DNA from: a virus
Lineage: Duplodnaviria; Caudoviricetes
Length of the DNA: 63,067 nucleotides
Direction: 5' to 3' (one strand)
Virus record (IMG/VR): IMGVR_UViG_3300033808_000012
Coordinates: 1-63,067 of that record
The notes under the pieces: generated by a model
What the model was told of the DNA's origin: nothing
The model's input: only the letters and a program-made list of their open reading frames with translations
Databases searched by the model: none
Part shown: positions 16,968-26,596 of the stretch, piece by piece
Position numbering within the stretch: the stretch's first letter is position 1
How the letters are laid out: each line of letters begins with the position of its first letter
Position numbers and translations under genes: made by a program

Positions 16968-18800
16968 ATGGCTCAATCAAAAGCCACCAAACGCTATACG
17001 AATGGCCTTGATGCCGAGCAGCCGTATTATTTTGAGGCCAGCCCGACACTGCTGGCCGAAGAACCGGCGTTGCCGAGTACCAAGCCCGTCAAGCTGCCAT
17101 CCAATCTTGGCTGGCCGTCGCTCTATCGCCACCTTGAAGCGCGACTTGCCGCCGAGAAGACCTGGCGGCTTTCCTGGTGGCGGCATTGGGGCGATATCGC
17201 TCGTTTCGAGTTGCCGCGCCGCTATCACGCTTTCATCTACGAGAACGATTTCAATCGTGGCATCCGCCGCGATGGCGCAATCCTTGACGACACCGCGACG
17301 CTCGATGGGCAGACCTGCGCGGGCGGCATTATGACGGTCTGCACCGATCCGGACCGCGAATGGTTGAAACTTGGTGCGGGCATACCGGGTCTTCAGCTTG
17401 ACCGCGCTGGCATGATGTTCTTCGAGGATTTGACTGAGCGCCTGCGCTACATCCAGGACCAGACCAACTTCTACGAAAGCCTGTCGCAGTTTTACGAGGA
17501 CGAGGTTTTCTTCGGCACGGGCGTCGCCATCGACTACGAGGACAAGGATAACGTTTTCGTCTGCCGCAATCCCTGTGCGGGCGAGTATTGCCTGACCTCT
17601 GGCGCGGACAATGAGAACCAGTCGCTTTATGTTGAAGAGCGCCGCACCATCGCCCAGATTGTCGAGATGTTTGGGTTAGCGAACTGTCCCGAGGCGGTGC
17701 GCAATCAGTGGATGCAAAAGGGTGGCGCGCTAGAGCAAGAGCACGTCGTCGGTCATGCCATCGAACCGAACTATGCGATCTATGACGATAAGGGCGGCGA
17801 AGCGGGCAAACTTTCCGGCAATTTCACCTGGCGCGAAGTCTATTGGCTGATCGGCAAGGCCGGTGACGGCCCGCTATCGATTGCGGGCTTCCAGGAGAAG
17901 CCGTTTGCCGCCGCGCAGTGGCATCGCGTCTCCAATGATCCTTATGGGCGCGGTCCTGGCTCGACGGTGCTAGGCGATGTGATCCAACTTCAGATCATGG
18001 TCGCCCGGCAGTCCGAATTTATCGAAAAGATGGTGCGACCGCCGATGACCGCGCCGGTCGCGCTCAAAAACGAGCCGCACTCGATCAAGCCTGACCAGAT
18101 CACCTACTATGACGCGGCGACGGGTGCGCCGCAGATGAAGCCGATCTTCGAGGTCAACGGCGCGGGACTCCCTGCGATCAACGAAGCCATCACGGCGACG
18201 CAAGAACGCATCCATCGCGGCATGCACGCCGATCTCTTCCGCATGATTGAGCAGCTTCAGGAGAACGTAAAGCGCGACGTGACGGCGACGGAGATCGATG
18301 CGCTGCGCGAAGAGCGGCTGATGCAGCTTGGCCCAGTGATTGGACGTGTCTATCGCTACGGATTGAAGCCTCGCATCCAGCGCCAGCTTGCAATCATGCA
18401 CCGTCGCGGCCTCTGGCCGAAGGTGCCCCCGAGCCTGCACGGCGTACCGCTGCATGTCGATTTTATCTCGATGCTGACCTTGGCGCAGCGCGCCGGATCG
18501 GTGAATTCGATTCAGCGGACCTTTGCCTTTGCGCAGTCCTTGCAGCCGGTTTTCCCCGAGGCGATGGATACGCTCGATCCCGACGAGGCGATCCGCGAGA
18601 CATCGAACCTCTTGGGCGCGTCGTCGCGGATCATTCGCGGGCAGCGCCAAGTCGCGCAGCTACGCCAGCAGCGCCAGAACCAGCAGCAAGAGATGGCAGC
18701 GGCGCAGGCCGCAATGGCGGCAACGCAGGGTGCCAAGAATCTAGGGCAGGCTGCGATGACCAATCAGAGCGCCTTGGGCGCTATCGCGGGCGCGGGCTGA
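16968..18800 (+). CDS. portal (head-tail connector) protein
   Basis: FFGTG, DPYGRGPG, RPPM, VTATEI..LREE...LGPV, DFISML. Confidence 0.93.
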   Translation: MAQSKATKRYTNGLDAEQPYYFEASPTLLAEEPALPSTKPVKLPSNLGWPSLYRHLEARLAAEKTWRLSWWRHWGDIARFELPRRYHAFIYENDFNRGIRRDGAILDDTATLDGQTCAGGIMTVCTDPDREWLKLGAGIPGLQLDRAGMMFFEDLTERLRYIQDQTNFYESLSQFYEDEVFFGTGVAIDYEDKDNVFVCRNPCAGEYCLTSGADNENQSLYVEERRTIAQIVEMFGLANCPEAVRNQWMQKGGALEQEHVVGHAIEPNYAIYDDKGGEAGKLSGNFTWREVYWLIGKAGDGPLSIAGFQEKPFAAAQWHRVSNDPYGRGPGSTVLGDVIQLQIMVARQSEFIEKMVRPPMTAPVALKNEPHSIKPDQITYYDAATGAPQMKPIFEVNGAGLPAINEAITATQERIHRGMHADLFRMIEQLQENVKRDVTATEIDALREERLMQLGPVIGRVYRYGLKPRIQRQLAIMHRRGLWPKVPPSLHGVPLHVDFISMLTLAQRAGSVNSIQRTFAFAQSLQPVFPEAMDTLDPDEAIRETSNLLGASSRIIRGQRQVAQLRQQRQNQQQEMAAAQAAMAATQGAKNLGQAAMTNQSALGAIAGAG

Positions 18801-19042
18801 TGCTCGTGTTCTGCGACAGCAAGGAAGGCAACCCGCGCATTGCGGGGACGTGCGAAATCTATGTACCGCATGAGCCGATCTACGAGTTCGTGACGTGCGA
18901 CACGCGAATTGGACGGCGCAATTACCGCTTGGCGCAAGTCGGCTTTCCAGGTCGTGAAATGACGATCCAGGCGATTCGCCTGAGCCTTCACGAGAATCCA
19001 GAGGATTTGCCGGGTTTTCGGCAAGCCGAAGGCTACGCATGA
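18800..19042 (+). CDS. hypothetical protein
   Basis: Translationally coupled ORF. Confidence 0.55.
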   Translation: MLVFCDSKEGNPRIAGTCEIYVPHEPIYEFVTCDTRIGRRNYRLAQVGFPGREMTIQAIRLSLHENPEDLPGFRQAEGYA

Positions 19043-19470
19043 GCCGTGAGACTGAATTCCTCGGACGGTTCCGCGATGATTGCAAACGTGCGGTTGAGTT
19101 ATGCGTTGCCCTGCAAAAGCAGGCAGTAGAGATCAGTCCGCGCGAGATGAGCTATTTGGAGTTGCGGGTAATCTGCAAGCGCCTCGAAGGCATCTGCCGT
19201 CAAATGGCGCATGAGCGCGGCGATGATTTTACTTGGCTCGAACTGAGCAACTATCACGTCAAAGTATCGAACCAAATTCATAAGTTGCGGCGTCTTGAGC
19301 GCTGGCTCGATTTCGGCAAGATGGCTGACGTATTTCGCTTGAGCCTGCGCCGCATTCAGGAGCTTGCCGAGCGCGCCAGTGGTCTTACCAGCATGAGCGC
19401 ATCGCCGCTGCTGCTCCTGCCGCCTTACCTTCGGGATAAGCCGCCGCAGCGAAGCGGGCTGATCGTTTGA
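19039..19470 (+). CDS. hypothetical protein
   Basis: Translationally coupled ORF. Confidence 0.6.
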   Translation: MSRETEFLGRFRDDCKRAVELCVALQKQAVEISPREMSYLELRVICKRLEGICRQMAHERGDDFTWLELSNYHVKVSNQIHKLRRLERWLDFGKMADVFRLSLRRIQELAERASGLTSMSASPLLLLPPYLRDKPPQRSGLIV

Positions 19471-19826
19471 GCGATGATCGCGATTTTGCCCATCTTGCCG
19501 ACACGAGCATTGAAGACGCGCTTGATCCGGGCGCTGCCGAACGACGCGAAGACGAAGATCGTGGACGCAAACGGCAGCACGAACGCCGTCGCCAATGGCT
19601 TATCCAGATCATGCAGCACCCTGAAGGCCGAATTTGGCTCAAGGAAGTGCTCGACGAATTTCATGCCTTCGAGACACGGTTTGCCGCCGTCAATGGCCTC
19701 GCGCCGGACCAATACGGGACGTGGTTCCGCGCGGGTGTGCAGCAATGCGGCTGGAAGCTCTGGGAGCAATTTGATGAGGCTGATCCCGTGACGGCCTCGC
19801 GCATACGACGTGGTGAAAATCTCTGA
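19467..19826 (+). CDS. Bbp19-like protein
   Basis: IMQHPEGRIWL...TWFRAG.QQCG pattern; lies between portal and scaffold. Confidence 0.7.
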   Translation: MSDDRDFAHLADTSIEDALDPGAAERREDEDRGRKRQHERRRQWLIQIMQHPEGRIWLKEVLDEFHAFETRFAAVNGLAPDQYGTWFRAGVQQCGWKLWEQFDEADPVTASRIRRGENL

Positions 19827-20638
19827 TGTCTGATGTTCGCGTAGAAACTCCTGCCGCCGCGCCTGTCGCGGTTCCTCCTGCCGTTGTCGAACCGGTTGCG
19901 CCCGCGCCTGCTCCTGCTCCCGCTCCCGCGCCAGCGGTATTGAGCGAGCCGCCTGCGCCGCAACCGGCACCCGCTCCGGCGTCGGTTCCTGAGCCGTCAG
20001 CCCCGGCTCCAGCAGCGCCCGCGATACCTCCCGCAGCCGCTGCGCCGACGCCGGAATCTGTTGCGCCGCCTGCGCCAGCCGCACCGCCGACTTATCAATT
20101 TGCGTTCCCTGAGGATCGTCCCGCCGACAATGAATTGGTCGATGGCGCGAAGACGCTCTTCGCCGAAGACGGATTAAAGCAGGATCAGGCGCAGCGGTAT
20201 GTCTCGTATTTCAATGAAAAAGTGCTGCCGAAAATCGAGACGCAGATTGCCGAACGCAATCTCGCGACTTGGGAAAACACCAAGAGCCAATGGCGCAGCG
20301 AATTCGATAATGATCCGACTATCGGTGGCAATCGGCGCGATACGACGGTGAATGCCGCGCGGTTTGGCATTCGCGATGTGATTGGCGCAGACGAAGCGCG
20401 CCTCAAGGAGTTCCGCGATATGCAAGAAGCGATGGGCATCGGCAACCATCGCGCCGAGATTGGTGCGTGGGCCGAGGTCGGTCGCCGCATGCAACAAATC
20501 TACGATTTGACGGGCACGGATAATTGGACCGCTGCCATGAAGAAACTCTCTGAACCATCCGCACCGCCGCCGTCGCAACCGGCGCGGCCTTCGGGCGGTC
20601 CAGGTAGTGCCGCCGACCGCCGTTACGGCAGACGCTAA
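19826..20638 (+). CDS. capsid scaffolding protein
   Basis: Pro/Ala-rich N-terminus, L.QDQAQ, DPTIGG, GIGNH; directly upstream of the major capsid gene. Confidence 0.8.
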   Translation: MSDVRVETPAAAPVAVPPAVVEPVAPAPAPAPAPAPAVLSEPPAPQPAPAPASVPEPSAPAPAAPAIPPAAAAPTPESVAPPAPAAPPTYQFAFPEDRPADNELVDGAKTLFAEDGLKQDQAQRYVSYFNEKVLPKIETQIAERNLATWENTKSQWRSEFDNDPTIGGNRRDTTVNAARFGIRDVIGADEARLKEFRDMQEAMGIGNHRAEIGAWAEVGRRMQQIYDLTGTDNWTAAMKKLSEPSAPPPSQPARPSGGPGSAADRRYGRR

Positions 20639-20660
20639 ACTCAACAGGAGCTAGGATCAA

Positions 20661-21716
20661 ATGGCTACGGGACAATACCTTACGCTGGTTGACTTGGCCC
20701 GCCGTACCGACCCGGACGGCGAAGCCGCCGATATTGCCGAACTGCTCTCCCAGGCGAACGAGATTTATGACGATCTCGTTTGGAAGGAGGGCAACACCAA
20801 CACGGGGCACGTCTATACGATGCGCACCAGCATTCCGAAGGGATGGTGGCGCTTTATCGGTCAAGGCGTGCCGGGGTCGAAATCCACGACCGCCCAGGGT
20901 CGCACGGACTGCGGCGATCTGGAAATGCAGTCCACCATCGATCTGCGCCTCATCGAAATGGCGCGCGATCAAAACCAGTTCCGCTATGAAGAAGACAACG
21001 CCATCCTTGAAGGCGCGTCGCAGACCATCGCCAACCAGTTCTTTTATGGCAACGCGACGACCAATCCGGCATCGTTTACCGGCTTGTCGAATTACTACAA
21101 CACCGTCACGGTAGCGAATGCCGCCAATGCCGCGAATGTCTTCGACGGCGGCGGCAGGGCCAGCAACAATGCCTCGCTCTGGCTCATCGGCTGGTCGCCG
21201 CGTTCGATCTATGGCGTCTTCCCGCGCGGCATGCATGCAGGCGTTGAATTGACGCCGCTCGATGAGGTCGTGCTGGCCTACGACAATCTCGGCAATCCCT
21301 ATCGTGCCAAGGTGACGTGGTTCCGTCAGATGGCCGGAATGGCGGTCGAGGACTGGCGCTGGGGCGGTCGCATCTGCAATCTCGATGTGACCAGCGCTGC
21401 CGCTGGTGGTCTCGCCGGGCCGAACGCCTACGATATCTTCGTTGGCCTCTCGAAGCTCGTCCTTCGCCTGCCGAAGATGGCGCGCAACGAGAGTGGCGTC
21501 ACTGATACTGATGCCCGCAATGAACGCGGCATGACCGTGCGGCCAGCAATCTACGGCAATCGTACTATTCGCGGCTTCATGGACATCCAAGCGATTCGTG
21601 ATCGCAACGTCCTTTTGGGACCGCGCGATTACGCTGGCGAGCCAGTCACGAGCTTCCGTGGCATTCCGATCCGCGTGAATGACCAGCTTACTTCAACCGA
21701 AGCGCAGGTGACGTGA
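20661..21716 (+). CDS. major capsid protein (BPP-1 Bbp17-like)
   Basis: LTLVDLARR.DPDG, IAELLSQ.NEI, FFYGN, DWRW..RICN, FRGIPIR..DQL. Confidence 0.93.
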   Translation: MATGQYLTLVDLARRTDPDGEAADIAELLSQANEIYDDLVWKEGNTNTGHVYTMRTSIPKGWWRFIGQGVPGSKSTTAQGRTDCGDLEMQSTIDLRLIEMARDQNQFRYEEDNAILEGASQTIANQFFYGNATTNPASFTGLSNYYNTVTVANAANAANVFDGGGRASNNASLWLIGWSPRSIYGVFPRGMHAGVELTPLDEVVLAYDNLGNPYRAKVTWFRQMAGMAVEDWRWGGRICNLDVTSAAAGGLAGPNAYDIFVGLSKLVLRLPKMARNESGVTDTDARNERGMTVRPAIYGNRTIRGFMDIQAIRDRNVLLGPRDYAGEPVTSFRGIPIRVNDQLTSTEAQVT

Positions 21717-21755
21717 TCGCCAAGCCGATAACCTTTTTAACGTAGGAGCATTCCG

Positions 21756-22280
21756 ATGCTGTTGGATTCTCAGCTTACCCTTGACCTGAATTCCAGCCTT
21801 GCGATTGCGGCTGGTAGTCAGGCATCCGCCAATACGCTCGATTGGGCGGGGGTTGGTGCAGGCACGGCACCGCCGAACTATTTTGGCGTGCAGAATGCTG
21901 TCTTCGGGCAGGATATCGGCATCGGCGATGGCGAGAGTCCGCCAGTGCTGGTCTGCATCGTCGGGACGACATTCGCGAGCTTAGGTGCTGCGACGCTCAA
22001 TGTTGCGTTGCAGGCTGCGGTCGATAGCGGCTCGCCGACCTATCAGCCCGGCGCCTGGGACACGATTGCCGAAACTAGCGCTTTGCCGCTTGCCTCGTTG
22101 ACGGCGGGGACGAAGATCGCGGAATTCACGATTCCGCCGCGTCAGCCCGGTCAGGCGTTCCCGCGCTTCTTCCGCCTCAACTATACGGTTGGGACGGCGA
22201 CGATGACGGCGGGGACGATTGCCTACGCTGGCATCGCGACGGGCCGTGACGACGCGCCGATTTATCCCGCCAACTACTGA
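21756..22280 (+). CDS. capsid cement/decoration protein (Bbp16-like)
   Basis: MLLDSQL..S.N.LD..DIGIG..RFFRLNYTV; follows the major capsid gene. Confidence 0.8.
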   Translation: MLLDSQLTLDLNSSLAIAAGSQASANTLDWAGVGAGTAPPNYFGVQNAVFGQDIGIGDGESPPVLVCIVGTTFASLGAATLNVALQAAVDSGSPTYQPGAWDTIAETSALPLASLTAGTKIAEFTIPPRQPGQAFPRFFRLNYTVGTATMTAGTIAYAGIATGRDDAPIYPANY

Positions 22281-22290
22281 GGTCTGATCG

Positions 22291-23265
22291 ATGCCTCCTG
22301 GACGCCCTGATATGCGGCTGCGCGAAAATCGCGAACGGTTCCATCTTGAACCAAGTGATATCGCGCTAGCCGGGCACGAGCAGGACAATGACGGCGAAAT
22401 CCTTTCCGATCAGCAATTAGGCATCGGCGAGGAAACGCAGCCTGCTCTTGTCGCGCCTGAAGTGAGCGATGCGGATCGGATCACGGCAGCGATGTCCGAT
22501 CCGATCATTGCCAAGGCCATCGAGCAATTGGTGGAGCAGCGCATCGCGGCATTGGCTCCTGCCGCCGTGGCAACGCAGCAGCAGCTTTCTGGCGATGATT
22601 TGCTTGCTGCAATGCGGGCGCTGGGTGAACAGATCGCGGCATCGATCAATCGCACGACGCAGGCAACGGTCGAGCAGATGCCGGGCCATGTGAAGCCAAT
22701 TCCAGTGGAAGAGGTTGAAGCCCGCGCGGCGGCCTATATCGAGATGGCAACGCTCCTGAAGGACGGGCAGCGGCGCTATTTCGATTTCGCCGATAAAGGC
22801 GATATGCTCAAGGCCAACGACGAAATCCCGGTTTACCTCTTGGAAGAGGATTTCTTTGGCGAGGATGGATCGGGCGGCGGCGAGATGTTCCTGCAAGGCG
22901 AGACCATCCGCTGGTTCCGCGCGCCCGGCACTTACATGCGCCCACAGAATGAATCGGCAAAAAAAATCTCTGAGGCAATGTGGCGTTATATCGGTGGCGA
23001 AGCCGGGCCGTCAGCAGAAGAACTTGCCGCGCAAGCATCGCAGATGCGTAGGCCGAGCGCGGCAATGGGTTTGCCTATCCCGGAGCTACCGTCATTGACC
23101 CCGCGCGCACCGCTTGCGGGATCGCGCGTTGAGGGCATCGAGCGCGTCGAGACAGGACCGAACCGCATCAATGGGACAGTAGTTAGGGAGATGAGCGGCG
23201 GACGTGGCCGTAATAACCAGCCGCGCATCGTCAGCGGCGGCATGGGCGATGGGATGTCTGTTTAG
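22291..23265 (+). CDS. hypothetical protein
   Basis: Long ORF in the structural operon. Confidence 0.7.
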   Translation: MPPGRPDMRLRENRERFHLEPSDIALAGHEQDNDGEILSDQQLGIGEETQPALVAPEVSDADRITAAMSDPIIAKAIEQLVEQRIAALAPAAVATQQQLSGDDLLAAMRALGEQIAASINRTTQATVEQMPGHVKPIPVEEVEARAAAYIEMATLLKDGQRRYFDFADKGDMLKANDEIPVYLLEEDFFGEDGSGGGEMFLQGETIRWFRAPGTYMRPQNESAKKISEAMWRYIGGEAGPSAEELAAQASQMRRPSAAMGLPIPELPSLTPRAPLAGSRVEGIERVETGPNRINGTVVREMSGGRGRNNQPRIVSGGMGDGMSV

Positions 23266-23691
23266 ATGGGCATACCGTCGAACACGCACGCGCCGACAGG
23301 GGCCAATGCGCTTGGCTCGACCGATCTTGCCAATGGCGGTTTTGTCGGCACGTTTACGGCAGCGGCCACTACCAGTCCCTATTATGCTTTTCAGGGCGCG
23401 TTCAATGTTGTCTTCGGTGGCCCGAGCGGTCCAAATGGGACATGGAGCGGATCAATCCAGCTTGAGCGCAGTTTCGACGGCGGCGCGACCTGGTACATCT
23501 GTGGTGTCGGCGGCGGTGGTCAGCAAGCGATCTACAGTACATCAAATCAGGACGTGTCGTTTGTTGCGAGCGAGCCGGAACAAGGCGTGCTCTATCGACT
23601 GCATTGCACAGCGCTTACCGCAGGTACGGTGAATTATCGTATGACCACGACCAGCCCGGCGCCGACCGCTTGGGGCATTCCGACAGCCTAG
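23266..23691 (+). CDS. putative virion beta-sandwich protein
   Basis: LERSFDGGATW Asp-box-like motif, YRL.CTA.T.GT..YR. Confidence 0.65.
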   Translation: MGIPSNTHAPTGANALGSTDLANGGFVGTFTAAATTSPYYAFQGAFNVVFGGPSGPNGTWSGSIQLERSFDGGATWYICGVGGGGQQAIYSTSNQDVSFVASEPEQGVLYRLHCTALTAGTVNYRMTTTSPAPTAWGIPTA

Positions 23692-23700
23692 GGGAGCAAC

Positions 23701-24222
23701 ATGAAACGGCTCTTTGCATTCTTTGGCGCGCTGCTCTTCGCCACGGCGGCTTTCGCGCAGGGCACGGGTCTCACGGGTTTCCAATTCCCGAGTGTGCCGT
23801 GGCAGTCCTATGCGCCAGGGCGTGTTCAATGCGGTTGGCTGAACGGCGCGAACTTCAATACGACGGCAGACCAGAAGATTACGCTGATGGTGCCGACATC
23901 AACGTACATGATCGATCAGATCGTCATCTCGGCACCAAGCGTTTCGATGACGACGGCGGCAGGCGGCTTTTACAGTGCCGCGAGCAAAGGTGGAATTGCT
24001 GTCGTGGCTTCGACCCAGACCTATACAAGTTTGACGACTAATGCCGCCAATACGACAGGTAATGCCATGTTGGCGACTTTGGCAACAGCAGGCAACACGA
24101 CCGAGTTTACGATCCCGACGACCGGTTCTCCGGTCCTTTATCTCTCTTTGACTACAGCGCAAGGGGCGGCTGCCACTGCGAATGTGCGCATATTCTGTCG
24201 CCCGCAATACCCTGTTACCTAG
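23701..24222 (+). CDS. secreted Thr/Ala-rich protein
   Basis: Signal peptide MKRLFAFFGALLFATAAFA|Q; two Cys. Confidence 0.75.
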   Translation: MKRLFAFFGALLFATAAFAQGTGLTGFQFPSVPWQSYAPGRVQCGWLNGANFNTTADQKITLMVPTSTYMIDQIVISAPSVSMTTAAGGFYSAASKGGIAVVASTQTYTSLTTNAANTTGNAMLATLATAGNTTEFTIPTTGSPVLYLSLTTAQGAAATANVRIFCRPQYPVT

Positions 24223-24240
24223 TCAATCCCACGAAGGAGA

Positions 24241-24735
24241 ATGAGCATGCGTAAGTTTCTTGGTGGGGTTGCCGCCGCAGCCCTCATTGCTCTGTCGAGC
24301 GGTGCTCATGCGCAGTTGACGACCGCGCCTACGGCGATCACAACGACCAATCCCTCAACTGATCTCGTGCCGTTTGTTCCAGGCGGTCGCGCCGGGCCGT
24401 CACAGCAATATACGCTACCGAACTATATTGCTGGTGCCCCAGCCTATGTGGATGAAGGCGCAGTCGGCACGGCTTGGTCGTTTACTTTCCCGAACGGCGT
24501 GACTGACTTCATCATCCGGCCAACGGGCACGCTGGCAACGGGGACGATTACCACTGCGCCTAATCCGGTTGACGGTCAGCGCGAATGCTTCCTATCGACG
24601 CAGACGCAAACTGCCATAACGTGGACCGCGAATACGGGACAGACTGTGACGGGCGCGGCGACAGCAGGCGTCGCCAATACGCCGCAGTGCATGGTCTACG
24701 AAGCTCCGGTGCAGACTTGGTATCGCTCACCCTGA
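24241..24735 (+). CDS. secreted Thr-rich protein
   Basis: Signal peptide ..MRKFLGGVAAAALIALSSGAHA|Q; two Cys. Confidence 0.75.
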   Translation: MSMRKFLGGVAAAALIALSSGAHAQLTTAPTAITTTNPSTDLVPFVPGGRAGPSQQYTLPNYIAGAPAYVDEGAVGTAWSFTFPNGVTDFIIRPTGTLATGTITTAPNPVDGQRECFLSTQTQTAITWTANTGQTVTGAATAGVANTPQCMVYEAPVQTWYRSP

Positions 24736-24784
24736 TCACGGGACGCATCCTGGGACTATTGCTGATGGTGGCAATAGTCCCAGG

Positions 24785-25744
24785 ATGGTATCAACTCGCA
24801 TCTGCGCCACGATGGATCGCTGCTGCTTTTGGACTCAGCCTCTTGCTTTGGCTCTTGCCGGATGGGCAGTGCTCTCGCTGCTTTGGTCGCCACAGCCACT
24901 CGACGGAATAGGGGCGCTCTGGCATTGGGCAATCCTTGGCATGGCGTTTCTGATGGGATCGCGCGGGAGCGCTACAATGATCTATCAGGGCGCAGCGATA
25001 GGATTGGCGATCAATTCGGTGGTTGTTCTTACTCACGGACGAGCGGGATTATTCATCAACAAGGACTTTCTCGCCGAGGCAGCATTGCCAGTAGCAGTCT
25101 GGTTGATCTGGACACGTCGTTGGCTGCTGCCGTTCATCCTCCCGTCGCTTTTAATACCGCAATCCAGAGCGGTTTTATTGATCGGCGTGCCGATGCTGCT
25201 TTGGCCGTTCAGCCGCATTGGGGCAACAGTTCTTGCTGTGATGCTGATCTTGATGCTGACAGTCTCGCTCACACTCGTTTGGCCGCTGGACCGCTCGAAA
25301 AATGAGCGATTGGCGATCTGGCAAGATACGCTGCGTGGGGTAACGATTCTTGGGCGCGGCATTGGTCAGTTTTACGGCACCTTCCCAGAAATGGCGGTTC
25401 ACGAGGATACGTCCGCACGACGCCCGCTCCATGCGCACGATGATTTCCTTGAAATCCTCTATGAGCTTGGGCCAATCGGCTTTTGTCTCGCCGCCGCCTT
25501 CATGCTCTCGCTCTTTGGCGCAGGGGACGGCGTTTGGCTCTACGTCTTCCTGGCCGTTGTGCTCGATGCGTTGGTGGCGTTCCCCTTCCAGAATCCCGCT
25601 TCTGGCATCTTGGCGATGGTCGCTGCGGGTGCTCTTTACCGCAATAATCTGCGCGATGGCTCTGCTAGATTTTCGCGCACAGATCATGTTGGCGCGCGGC
25701 ACTTCGCCCTTGGCGGCGGCGCGGGCATGGCCGGTCGATCCTGA
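24785..25744 (+). CDS. O-antigen ligase / O-oligosaccharyltransferase-like membrane protein 1 (Wzy_C)
   Basis: GLFINKDFLAE, QSRAV, ERLAIWQ, G.GIGQF, HAHDDFLE.LYELG.IG, FPFQNP. Confidence 0.8.
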   Translation: MVSTRICATMDRCCFWTQPLALALAGWAVLSLLWSPQPLDGIGALWHWAILGMAFLMGSRGSATMIYQGAAIGLAINSVVVLTHGRAGLFINKDFLAEAALPVAVWLIWTRRWLLPFILPSLLIPQSRAVLLIGVPMLLWPFSRIGATVLAVMLILMLTVSLTLVWPLDRSKNERLAIWQDTLRGVTILGRGIGQFYGTFPEMAVHEDTSARRPLHAHDDFLEILYELGPIGFCLAAAFMLSLFGAGDGVWLYVFLAVVLDALVAFPFQNPASGILAMVAAGALYRNNLRDGSARFSRTDHVGARHFALGGGAGMAGRS

Positions 25745-25908
25745 GTTTCGCCGCATGCTTGTTGAAGGCTCACTCTATGTTCCTGCCGCCGAGGCAAGGG
25801 CGATGCTGGATTATAATATCACCCGCGATCCGCAGGCGCGGGACGCGCGTTGGTTACGTCATTTCTTGAGGCCGTAGCATCTTGGCATCGGTTAACCCCC
25901 TGACCTTG

Positions 25909-25934
25909 GCGGGGCTTCGCAGCCCCGCTCTTTT
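25909..25934 (+). terminator. rho-independent terminator
   Basis: GCGGGGCT-TCGC-AGCCCCGC followed by TCTTTT. Confidence 0.6.
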
Positions 25935-25937
25935 CCG

Positions 25938-26117
25938 ATGCCGGTAGTCAGCCAAGCGCAGCGTGCGGCAATGCATGCTGCAGCAGAGGGAAAATCGACG
26001 CTAGGCATACCCAAGAAAGTCGGGAAGGAATTCGTCGCTGCCGATACGGGTGGCAAGCTTCCTGAATACAAGTCGGCAGCGGACAAGCGCTACAACAAGA
26101 AAAAGAAAAATGCCTGA
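25938..26117 (+). CDS. small basic protein (59 aa) with SAADKRY motif
   Basis: Hand translation [59 protein letters not shown]; below the ORF-track cutoff. Confidence 0.75.
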   Translation: MPVVSQAQRAAMHAAAEGKSTLGIPKKVGKEFVAADTGGKLPEYKSAADKRYNKKKKNA

Positions 26118-26274
26118 TGAGACCGAATCCTATGCCGATTACCGGATGCGGCGAGCGCGCGAAATTGAGAGCCGAAATAAAAAGATGAACAACCAATCTC
26201 CCGATGAACGTGATCTAGATCGCGAGCTTGGTAATGCGCCGATTGGCAGCGGCCAAAAGCGTCAAGATCAGTGA
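26110..26274 (+). CDS. small hydrophilic protein
   Basis: [15 protein letters not shown]...; start overlaps the upstream gene end. Confidence 0.5.
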   Translation: MPDETESYADYRMRRAREIESRNKKMNNQSPDERDLDRELGNAPIGSGQKRQDQ

Positions 26275-26306
26275 TTTCTCTCGCAGACGTGGCGAGGAGA
26301 CCAAGA

Positions 26307-26591
26307 ATGGCCGAGCGTAAACATAAGTGGCTGAGTGCCGAGGCACGTCGCAAGATGCCGTCCTCGCAATTCGCATTGCCAGGGCATGGCGAAGGCCCTG
26401 GCGGCAAAGGCGCAGGCGCATATCCAATTGATACCGAAGCGCGAGCACGCAATGCCCTTGCTCGCGGCGCACAGCACGCCAGTCCAGGTGAATTGGCGAC
26501 AATCAAGCGCAAGGTTCATGCGAAATATCCTGATATTGAGATTGGCGGCAAAAAAGAATCTGCTGCTGATCGCCGTTATGGAAAGAGGTAG
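26307..26591 (+). CDS. small basic head-associated protein (DUF6582-like) with SAADRRYG
   Basis: LS.E.R.KMPSSQFALP...YPI...ARARNALAR; AGGAG RBS. Confidence 0.75.
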   Translation: MAERKHKWLSAEARRKMPSSQFALPGHGEGPGGKGAGAYPIDTEARARNALARGAQHASPGELATIKRKVHAKYPDIEIGGKKESAADRRYGKR

Positions 26592-26596
26592 CGACG

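Noticed and set aside
20403-21590. 395-aa minus-strand ORF (also 43988-44869, 17970-18650, 19425-20084)
   Set aside because: Antisense shadows of clear structural genes in GC-rich sequence, with no recognisable motifs
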